Positions 11,819 to 21,423 of a stretch of 64,000 bases of DNA are shown here, in pieces. Positions within the stretch are counted from its first letter, which is position 1; each line of letters starts with the position of its first letter. Where the stretch lies: positions 1 to 64,000 of the forward strand of contig RHPI01000017.1 of the NCBI GenBank assembly GCA_009103225.1, written 5' to 3'. Position numbers and translations under genes: made by a program. The notes under the pieces are model-generated. The model saw only the letters and a list, made by a program, of their open reading frames with translations. It made no database searches and was not told the origin of the DNA. Source of the stretch: Chlorokybus atmophyticus (lineage: Eukaryota; Plantae; Mesostigma and Chlorokybus algae).

Positions 11819-12157
11819 TGTAACGGAGTGCTACCTCTATAGAGGTTCCCCGCCCTTGTTTAGGATTAAATAAGGGTCCCAACGGGTATATACAACCAAT
11901 TAAGCCGTATTAGGGCCGTTAACCTAGTGTTAAGGCCCTAATGTAGTGTTACTTAACTGTAACACTGATATCGACATGAGACATGAGTCTCATGTCGATA
12001 TCAGCTGTATGGCGGCACTGCTAACGCAGCAGCCGCCATAGCCAGGGGATCTTCAACTTCGGCAGTTGCCCCTGGCGGCGGCGGTGTGGTCGGCGTGGCT
12101 GGTGGTGGTGTTGGGGTAGGGGATTAAAGGGAGGAGGTAGCACCCCCTCTCCTTACA
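11819..12157 (+). repeat. 5' LTR (339 bp)
   Basis: Starts TGTAACGGAGTGCTACC and ends CTCCTTACA; near-identical to 18809-19130. Confidence 0.95.
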
Positions 12158-12158
12158 T

Positions 12159-12170
12159 TGGTATCGGAGC
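12159..12170 (+). promoter_or_regulatory. Primer-binding site, tRNA-iMet type
   Basis: TGGTATCGGAGC immediately after the 5' LTR; one G:U-compatible change from the canonical TGGTATCAGAGC. Confidence 0.9.
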
Positions 12171-12344
12171 ACGGGCGGCAAGGGGCCTGTGGGAGGGGCG
12201 ACGGCAGGCTGCAGGGGCGGCGGCAGGCCGCAGGGGCGGCGGCAGGCGGCAGGCGGCGGCAGGCGGCAGCGACGTTAAACTAGTGGTAGTTAAAGTGTTT
12301 TATGTTTTAACTATAATAGTTAAACGCTGCTGCTGGTGCCTAGC

Positions 12345-13256
12345 CTAGCCTAGCCTAGCCTGGCTTGCCATGCCATGCATGCCATGCCTAGCCTAGCATG
12401 CCTGTCCTAGTCTAATTTGTTATTGTGTGAAGGGAGCCGGCCATTCAGGCCTATCCCTGAAGCATTGCATTGCAGCACAACACATAGTAAACATACATTG
12501 ATTGTATTATATTGTGTGTGTACCACCACGTGGATTCGTGGTGGTGTAAGGGTTTTTCTATTAATTTGGAAATTCCCTTGGGGGGGGCAGTTCGGTGGCA
12601 ACATCGACTGTCTCAGTGCCGCCATTTTGAGCGGTGAGGCCGCCAGAATTTTCTGAGCGGCCGATATCAAACTCACCATTCACAACTGGTCGATATCGGC
12701 CAGTAAGGTCGATTTGACGAGATTTTGGCAGACTGTGTGTCAATCACAGTTGTGAATTGTGCTGGGTTGTACAAAGTGAAAACTTTGAGAAATCATAACT
12801 CTGCCTAGTCTAGCCTAGCTTGCCATGCCATGCATGCCATGCCTAGCCTAGCATGCCTGTCCTAGTCTAATTTGTTATTGTGTGAAGGGAGCCGGCCATT
12901 CAGGCCTATCCCTGAAGCATTGCATTTCAGCACAACACATAGTAAACATACATTGATTGTATTATATTGTGTGTGTACCACCACGTGGATTCGTGGTGGT
13001 GTAAGGGTTTTTTTATTAATTTGGAAATTCCCTTGGGGGGGGGCAGTTCGGTGGCAACATCGACTGTCTCAGTGCCGCCATTTTGAGCGGTGAGGCCGCC
13101 AGAATTGCTTGAGCGGCCGATATCAAACTCATCATTCACAACTGCTCGATATCGGCCTGTAAGGTCGATTTGACGAGATTTGGCAGACTGTGTGTCAATC
13201 ACAGTTGTGAATTGTGCTGGGTTGTACAAAGTGAAAACTTTGAGAAATCATAACTC
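12345..13256. repeat. About 455-bp tandem duplication in the retrotransposon 5' UTR
   Basis: Block from CCTAGCCTAG...GCCATGCC to GAAATCATAACTC occurs twice; the matching ORF-track peptides start at 12417 and 12872. Confidence 0.92.
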
Positions 13257-13650
13257 GTGAAACGTCGCGTGGATTCGCGCACGGTTTGTTGCAGAGTCAG
13301 TGTCTAGTTGAGAGGTGTGTGGAGAGCTCTTTTTGGGGTGTATACTCCACCGTAAAGCCTCAAAACTTGACGAGACAAAATCATTAGATTTTACCTGTAT
13401 TGCAGTGCACAATCTGAGTACTTGTGCACTTGCTAATGGCTGTCTTTGGGCAGATGTCTGACCAAGGAGAGGGAGGTGAGAAGTACTTTACCGTCCCTGA
13501 TTCATCGTCATCATACGAACCATCAAGTGATGACAAAGTGAGAGACTTCGACACGAGTGAGAGCTACAAGTCACTGAGAGTGACAAGGAGGAAGCTGCGC
13601 AGGATAGCGAAGCTTCTCCCAATCAATCTACTCAGAGTGGGCCAGCTACA

Positions 13651-14916
13651 ATGGACACACAGTCTGTCATTGGTGGGGCTATTGAGAAGTATGCGCGAGA
13701 GCGCAAAGCCTTGATCGATGCTCACCCACAGCTTCGTCAGGAAGTGTGGGATGCATGGGCGCAGACGGTTCGTGATGGCTATGAGACAGACTTTGCCACA
13801 CTCCCTCGTGCAAGCAAGGAGATGGTGATCCGCATGCTCGAGCATGAGCTGACGGACAACATCCCGCCACTCGTGCGAGGTGATAAAAAGGTGGCTGCTA
13901 TCATGACCGTATATGATAAGCCTCTCCCTTACCAAGGCAAGCGAATGGCGTCTGAGGCTTTGGCCAACTTGGGAGTGGAAACCTCACAGCGTTGCAAGGA
14001 CGTGTTCTGGTACTTGGGACCTAACTTGGAAGACAAGTTGACTGGCCGAGTGCAGTTGACGGCACGCCTTGATGCTATGCAGTCTGAGTTGGTGGCGCTG
14101 CGCCAACAGGTGGCGGGTGCTACTTCAGCAGCTGGTGCATCAGCGGGGCTGCCGGTTACAGCACTGAACAAGCCTGAGAAGTTCAAGCCCAACGGCAGTG
14201 TCAACATCCATGATTGGGTGGTCACTGTTGAGCACTATTTGACAGCACTGAAGCGCCCAGTTGGTGAGCACATTGCTGTTGCTGAGTTGCTCATGCCATC
14301 TGACGCTCTCGCCGAGTGGGCGAGGCAGACAGAGGATGGTGCGGCTAAGACAGTGGAGGCACTATTCAAGTTCCTTGTGGAGCGCTATGGTGGCATGGAT
14401 CCAGCTACTCAGGCTCGCAACAAGCTCAACAAGCTGCGACAGAATGGCAGAACGGCTTCAGTCTATCTGCAGGAGTTCCAAGCGTTGGTGGGCCGCGTGA
14501 ACAGTGGCCTCATGCCCATGGACAAGGCTGAGCAGTTTGAGTTGTACAAGCGCGGCTTGGATGCGCGTGTGCGCGATCAGCTGCAGTACAACACGGCAAC
14601 GGGACTTCCTTGGGTTCCTGAGGACTTGGCCCAGCTGCAGAAGCTGAGCGTGTATCTGTACAGTGATGACACGGCGGTGCAGGAAAAGGCACATGTGGCA
14701 GCTGCGGCCAAGCCGCACGGGGTGGGAGGAAAGCGTTACCCTCAGCCGAGTGCGCACACGGCAAAGAAGGCGAAGACATTCACGCCTCCGACCGGTGGCA
14801 CATCTGCTGGTGGTGCTACACCCGCTGCGGCTCGCACCTGTTACGTCTGTCACCAGCCGGGCCACATTGCGAAGAACTGCCCCGCCAAGAAGGGCAAGGC
14901 CAAGAAGGTTGAATAG
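13651..14916 (+). CDS. Gag polyprotein (421 aa) with C-terminal CCHC zinc knuckle
   Basis: KPEKFKP...DWVVTVEHYL; ARNKLNKLRQNG..ASVYLQEF; CYVCHQPGHIAKNC. Confidence 0.92.
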   Translation: MDTQSVIGGAIEKYARERKALIDAHPQLRQEVWDAWAQTVRDGYETDFATLPRASKEMVIRMLEHELTDNIPPLVRGDKKVAAIMTVYDKPLPYQGKRMASEALANLGVETSQRCKDVFWYLGPNLEDKLTGRVQLTARLDAMQSELVALRQQVAGATSAAGASAGLPVTALNKPEKFKPNGSVNIHDWVVTVEHYLTALKRPVGEHIAVAELLMPSDALAEWARQTEDGAAKTVEALFKFLVERYGGMDPATQARNKLNKLRQNGRTASVYLQEFQALVGRVNSGLMPMDKAEQFELYKRGLDARVRDQLQYNTATGLPWVPEDLAQLQKLSVYLYSDDTAVQEKAHVAAAAKPHGVGGKRYPQPSAHTAKKAKTFTPPTGGTSAGGATPAAARTCYVCHQPGHIAKNCPAKKGKAKKVE

Positions 14917-17900
14917 GATTACGCCGTGACTGATGTAGATGCGGTTGATAGCCAGTTGCTTGAGATGCAAGCAGCAAACTGGTTTGATGATCTGTCTCAA
15001 GTGCATGTAATGACACATGCATGGCAAGCACATGACAAGTTGCCACTCTTTGATGTTGAAAAAGTGGAAGAGAATGCTTGTGTGCTTGTACATGTGGAGT
15101 TCAACATGCTTACCGATGTGTTGCATGCATTGACTGAGTTGCAGAATAAGCACAGAACCTTGAGTATGGTGGTGATGGTGCCAAAGTATCATGGCCCATG
15201 GTTAAAACATACTCGCGGAGGGTCTGTGTTGAAGCAATTCAGCAAGCGTGAAACAAGGACAGTACGGTTGTCAGCCATATTGATCAACCCTCGCATTAGT
15301 CACGGACTCTTGGCTACATTTCAAGGACGGGTGGTACCTCTGTTGTGGACATTTAGTGGCACAATGCAAGGTGTAAACAGTTCGTTCTTGATTGACACTG
15401 GTGCAACACACAACTTCGTTGAGGAACAATGGGTTGTGCGCAACAAGATAGCGTGTAAACCCTCAGCATTTTCAGCTGCCGGTGCGGGGGGTGCGTTGCC
15501 AGTGAAAGGGGAAATAAAAATAAAATTAAAGATTGGTAATTATCATGCCACTCTTACTTTCATAGTGGTATCCATCGACATATCAGGTGTTGATGTGGTA
15601 TTAGGACAGGAATGGCAGGAAAATGTCAAAATGACATTTGATACTGGCGCACGCTTGTGCACAGTACAGAAAGGTCGTAAGCGTGTAACATTGTCTGTGA
15701 AAGGGTCACATAGCTTGGACCACAAGCAGACCGACCTTGCGCTACTCACTGCACTGCAAGTGAAACGTGCGTTGCGCAAAAATACACCGGCTTTTCTGGT
15801 ACATTTGACGTCGTCGGACGACTTTGTGCCGGGAAATACAGAAGGTGTTGCAGACATCATTGAGGAGTATCAAGATGTGTTCTCAGATAAGTTGCCAGGC
15901 TTACCTCCTGATCGAGGTGTCGGACACACAATATCACTCATTCCTGATAGTGAGCCTCCGTTTCGGCCTATATATAGGCTGAGCCCCCGAGTGAGGGGGG
16001 AAATGGAAACTCAAATCAAAGAGTTATTGGAAAAGGGATTGATTGAATCGAGTTCTTCACCCTTTGGCGCGCCTATCTTGTTGTTGATGAAAAAGAATGG
16101 AAAGCTGCGCATGTGTGTGGATTACCGTGCTTTGAACAAGATCACGGTAAAGAATCGATACCCGCTGCCCCGGATTGATGATGTGTTTGATACACTGTCG
16201 GGAAATGCGTACTTTAGTACGTTGGACTTGACAAGTGGGTATCATCAAATCCGGATTCATCCTTCCGATGTTTACAAGACAGCATTCAGAACACCTTCGG
16301 GCCATTATCAATACAAAGTGTTACCTTTTGGATTGACTAATGCGCCCGCAGTGTTTCAGAAGGAAATGAATAAGATTTTTGGTGGCATACTTGGCAAGTA
16401 TGTTATGGTTTACTTGGATGACATCATTGTCTTTAGTAAAACCAAGGAAGAGCATAAGCAGCACTTGGAAGCGGTGTTCGCCTTGCTGCGTACACATCGC
16501 TTGTTTGCCAATCTTGCGAAGTGTGACTTCTGCAAGACGGAGTTGCCATTCTTGGGGCACATTGTGAGCGGTGCGGGTGTGAAACCTGACCCTCGCAAAG
16601 TGCAAGTTGTAAAGGATTGGCCTCAACCTAAGAATATCCATCAGCTGCGATCATTCTTGGGATTGGCAAACTACTTTCGCAAGTTTATGATGGGGTACTC
16701 CACAGTAGTGGTGCCTTTGACAAAACTGTTGCGAAAAGATGCTCCATTCTTATGGACANGAACAAGAAGCTGCTATGCAACAGGTGAAGCTAGCTTTGAC
16801 TTCTGCTCCAGTGTTGGCATTGCCAAACTGGGACAAGCATTTCACTGTGGTTAGCGATGCGTCCACCCTTGGGTGTGGTGCAGTACTGTTGCAAGATGGC
16901 AGACCATGTGCTTATGAGAGTAGGAAGTTCATCCCAGCAGAGGTGAATTACACTACCACCGAGCAAGAGTTGCTTGGTATAGTACATGCTCTGGAAACAT
17001 GGCGATGTTACTTGGAGGGGGTTCAGTTCACAGTGGTGACTGATCATAATCCATTGGTGTATTTCTCAACACAGCAAAACTTGTCACGAAGGCAAGCCCG
17101 CTGGAATGAGTTTCTGTCTCGGTTTACCTTTGAGTGGGTATACCGGCCAGGCAGAACCAATGTTGCTGATCCTCTGAGTCGTTGTCCATCATTGTTGGCA
17201 GCTATGCGTGCGCAATTGCTTGCGACGCGCGGTACATTGCCACCGGATGATGAGTTTGTGCAAGCTGTTGTGCAAGGGTATGCTTTTGACCCATGGTTCT
17301 CGTCAGAGGACAACGTGCAAAAGCTGAGCAAACGAGACAACTTGTATTATGTGGGCACCAGCTTGGTAATACCTGACCATGCTGGATTGCGTGCGAAATG
17401 CATAGCTGATGTACACGATCCACCGTACGCTGGGCACTTTGGCAGTCGCAAGACTGTTAAAGCAGCGCAACAGTTGTATTGGTGGCTATCGTTGCCTGTT
17501 GACGCAAAACGGTATGTGGACACGTGTGACAAATGTCAGCGTGATAAGCCGTTACGTCAGAAACCCGCTGGTTTGCTGCGACCATTGCCTATTCCTGATG
17601 GCAAATGGGAAAGTGTGAGTATGGACTTAATTACTGAGCTCCCAGAGACAGCATTAGGTCACACTGCGGTTGCAGTTTTCGTGGATCGTTTGACAAAAAT
17701 GGTCCACATTGTCCCTTGTCGCACGGAGATAGGCTCTCGTGAGTTGGCGATGGTTTTTGTCGCGTCTGTGTTCAAGTTACATGGCTTGCCCCGCAACTTT
17801 GTGTCAGATCGCGATCCGCGATTTGTGGCTCAGTTTTGGAAGTCGGTATGCAGCTTCTTACACATTCAGCAGAACATGAGCACTGCTTACCATCCACAGA

Positions 17901-18685
17901 CGGATGGTCAGACAGAACGCGCCAATCAAGTGATTGAGGAAACCATCCGGCATTATGTGAGCCCGAATCAGAGTGATTGGGATATTTATCTCCCAATGGC
18001 TGAGTTTGCGATCAATAATGCATGGCAAGAGAGTGTGCAGGAGACTCCGTTCTTCTTAAATTACGGAGTGCATCCACTGAGTCCTGCGAACATTAAGTTG
18101 CCCGCTACTGACGTGACTCGCGTACCTGCAGCGCGCGAGATGGCTTCGGCCATGCAGGATAGGTTAGCGTTGGCAAAAGACTGTCTGCGCGCAGCGCAAG
18201 ACAGACAAAAAGCCCAAGCTGATGCGCATCGTAGAGAGGCCAACTACGATGTGGGCTGTTCGGTGCTGTTAAGTACTAAAAATGTATCCATCAAGGGAGT
18301 GGGTACCCGCAAGTTTTTCCCTCGCTGGATAGGCCCTTTCAAAGTGACTGATCGGGTCGGCACTCACGCGTATCGCTTGGACTTGCCAAAGTCGATACGC
18401 ATTCACAATGTGTTTCACGCGAGTGTACTGAAACCATACCGTTCTGACGGTCGGGTTCAACCTCCTCCACCCCCCATTGCAGTGGATGGCGACGATACTT
18501 TCGAGTATGAGGTGGAAGCAATCCTCAGTCACCGTAAGCCTCGACGCGGACGCGCGCCGTCTTACTTGGTGAAATAGAAAGGGTATGGTGTTGAGCACAA
18601 CACGTGGGAGCCCGAAAGGAATCTTACCAACTGCCAAGAGATTCTTCGGGGGTACTGGAGTGCTGTGTCCACACGCGGACGGTAA
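14917..18685 (+). CDS. Pol polyprotein: N-terminal extra domain, protease, RT, RNase H, integrase, chromodomain (nonsense codon in chromodomain)
   Basis: LIDTGATHNF; LRMCVDYRALN, PFGLTNAP, YLDDIIV; VVSDAS..GCGAVL, TDHNPL; HDPPYAGHFG..CDKCQ, SMDLITELP, VSDRDPRF, GQTER; YEVEAILSH..YLVK*KGY..NTWEP. The apparent frameshift coincides with a single n at 16759. Confidence 0.92.
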
Positions 18686-18795
18686 AAGGGTGCTGGCAGA
18701 TATCTTTACCGCTTCGGCCCTGGTTCTCTCACTGCTTTGGTTCTCGGTAATCATGGTGGGGCTTTGCTAACCCTTCAATGAGGACATTGAAACCT

Positions 18796-18808
18796 AAGTG
18801 GGGGGGAA
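18796..18808 (+). promoter_or_regulatory. Polypurine tract
   Basis: AAGTGGGGGGGAA directly before the 3' LTR. Confidence 0.85.
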
Positions 18809-19130
18809 TGTAACGGAGTGCTACCTCTATAGAGGTTCCCCGCCCTTATTTAGGATTAAATAAGGGTCCCAACGGGTATATACAGCCAATTAAGCCGTAT
18901 TAGGGCCGTTAACCTTGTGTTAAGGCCCTAATGTAGTATTACTTAACTGTAACACTGATATCGACATGAGACATGAGTCTCATGTCGATATCAGCTGTAT
19001 GGCGGCACTGCTAATGCAGCAGCCGCCATAGCCAGGGGATCTTCTGCTTCGGCAATTGGTGCATGGCGTGGCTGGTGGTGGTGTTGGGGTAGGGGATTAA
19101 AGGGAGGAGGTAGCACCCCCTCTCCTTACA
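18809..19130 (+). repeat. 3' LTR (322 bp)
   Basis: Matches the 5' LTR apart from about 5 substitutions and one divergent block. Confidence 0.95.
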
Positions 19131-19135
19131 GCACA

Positions 19136-19470
19136 CCTGTTGACATCAGATGAGATAGCAGCAGAGCTGGAGAAGCTTGATGCAGAGAAGGAAGCAAAAG
19201 AGACAGCTAAGCAAGCCCGCAAGGAAGCAACACAGCAACGCAAACAGCAAGCAGCACAAGAAGCAGTGCAGATAGCAGAGAAGCTGACAACAAAGAAGAA
19301 GGAAACAGCCTTGAAAAAGATGCTTGCCGACCGGGAGAAGGAGAAGAGGAGTCAACAGAAGGCTGAGGCACAGGCTGAGGCACATGTTGAGGCACAGGCT
19401 GAGCAACAATTAAAGTAGGCAGAGAAAGAGCAGAGGGAACGCACAGCAAGAGAGGCAAACGAGCTGCTGA
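19136..19470 (+). mobile_element. pogo/Fot1-like transposase, 3' portion (charged coiled-coil tail)
   Basis: Removing the LTR element and one TSD restores the frame ...GFTTAH-LLTSDEIAAELEKLDAEKEAK... Confidence 0.85.
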
Positions 19471-20572
19471 GATGAGGTATGAATGGAACCCTATGATGTG
19501 CGAGAACCAACTGGGGGACCCCTTGTGGGACTATGCGGAGGACTTCGCCCAGCGCCACCTCCGTGATGATCCTCCAACCAACAACCTCGCTAAGGAGGCG
19601 GGCTCCCGCTGGCGACAGAACCCCAAACATGCAAGACACAAGCGCAGTCCGACCCTCTTACAACCCAAGACCAGTTTAACATAGACCTCTTAACTTGCAT
19701 GCATTGTACATACAAGAAACCACACACACACACAAAAAAGCTGCGACATGATGCATGCCGCCTCAGATATGCCGTTCAGGACGCTCACCTCGCCACATGC
19801 TTGCTTGCAACTTTGCACAATGCCAGCATTTTTAATTGCAAAGCGTAGTCTTGGCGGCAAAGAATGCCTGCAGTGGAAATGCCTGCACATCACAGCCATC
19901 ACCACCATGATGCGCCTGCCCCCCCAGCGTGTTCAAGCAGCTCGCAGCCACTCCAGAATGGCTGCGGGCAGCAAAGTAATAGCCCTCAGCAAGAGCTGGC
20001 AGAGGCTGACAGCCTTTGGCAGCTGACTCGAGTCCCCAAGTTTGGGCTCGCTGACTGGTGAGCTGATACCCGTCACACCTCAACTTTGGCACGCTGTAAC
20101 TCACGTTTTAGATGGCCAAAAAATATAAAAAATATGGCTGTGTGGCATAAAAGCTAAGCTACAAATAATATATGCATGTCCGCCAAATAATCAATGACGC
20201 GCACGCCACACCCTTAAAACCCCAAAACATCCCCAACTTTAGTGAGTTTACCCCAAGGAAAGATCCGCGACCTTGGGAAAGTCGCAGGTCGGAAGGAACG
20301 AAAAGGGACCGTAAAGAACGCGAATCAAAACGGTCGCAAGAACGAGATCGAGTGGTTTGCGCGAACGAGAATTAATACGACCGGAAAGAGACGACCGTGC
20401 GCGATCGCCAGTCGAGATGGCTCGGTCGCTTGCGAGCGCAGGGCTAAGAAACAGAACCCTAAGAAGTAGCCGAGAACCTGCTACATTTTAATGGGGGAGG
20501 TGTGTTACGGCAGCCAGAGAGCTGGGCGTAATACATACTGATAGAAGTAGCCGTTATTCCTACCATGGTCTT

Positions 20573-21423
20573 TTATGGCTTGGATGGCCGGACCCTTATC
20601 GTGACAGCCAGGTACACCCCAGCACTGTTACCCATAGGGATGCCTGTAACTTGTTGAAACAGCTGGTCCTGTGCTGTTTGCATGTACAGGTTGTTAATGA
20701 GAAACTGCAACACAGCATGTAGCATAGGTGTTGTAAAAACACGTGTGACACCCTCTCGTACCACAGTAGTGCCTCTCACCCAAGTATGCGTTACTACCCA
20801 TGCCTGAACATTAATGTGCAAGTGGGTTTTACATTCATGACGCAGCACACAATCAAAATCGTTGTCCATAAAGCCTTGCATGCGTTGCAGCAAGTCATTG
20901 TGTGCAAGGTTTATGTACAAGCTAATCACTACGTAGTGAAATCCAAATTTTGCAGCAATACATGCTCACGCTTCTGTTGTGGGCTGCGTGTCTGATTAAA
21001 GTGCTCATGCAATCGAGCAAAGCCCTTGAAGTCCTTGAGTATCCAGCTTTGCAACTGTTTCCCCAAAGCTTCGCTCCACAATACATCCACAACATTTGTT
21101 ATTCCCTTGTAACAACGGGCTAGCCACAAAGAAGCATCAGACAATGTTGTAGCATATGCTGCAGGAATAAAACGTGGCTTGGGGGGTTCCTTATGCAAGT
21201 GAGGCAAGCGTGCGGGTACTCTCTGTTTTACAATGGAGAAGCCTTGCTGTGTGTTGTAGGCTTCATGTAGCTGCACGATATCTTGACATGTAGCCGACGA
21301 CAGTTGGTAAGTTGTGGTTGCCAACTCCGTCCTCAAGCAGAAAAAGTATGCAAAAAGAGTCGAGTTGTGCTCAAGGTGTGTGTGGGTCCCTGCGTGCGTA
21401 TGAGTGCAATATGCATTGGTCAA
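20573..21423 (-). mobile_element. Penelope-like retroelement RT fragment, frameshifted and truncated before the YxDD motif
   Basis: KPRFIPAAYATTLSDASLWL, WILKD, LDFTT/SLYINLAHNDL, LFQQVTGIPMGNSAGVYLA. Weak similarity may extend to about 22200. Confidence 0.7.

Larger units (their letters stand above)
11819..19130 (+). mobile_element. Full-length Ty3/gypsy chromovirus LTR retrotransposon
   Basis: Two TGTAA...TTACA LTRs (11819-12157, 18809-19130), 5-bp TSD GCACA (11814-11818 and 19131-19135), PBS, PPT and the domain order gag, PR-RT-RH-INT-chromodomain. Confidence 0.97.

Noticed and set aside
14458-15192. 244-aa minus-strand ORF overlapping the gag/pol junction
   Set aside because: Antisense shadow of GC-rich gag codons with no recognisable motifs.
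16739-16854. Apparent frameshift between the RT and RNase H ORFs
   Set aside because: It coincides with a single n at 16759 in TGG ACA n GAA CAA. An unresolved codon-length gap explains it, so it is neither a programmed frameshift nor demonstrable decay.
20482-20560. Possible PPT (ATGGGGGAGG) plus LTR start TGTGTTACGG
   Set aside because: No second copy, LTR end or retroelement coding sequence is adjacent, so it is too short to support.
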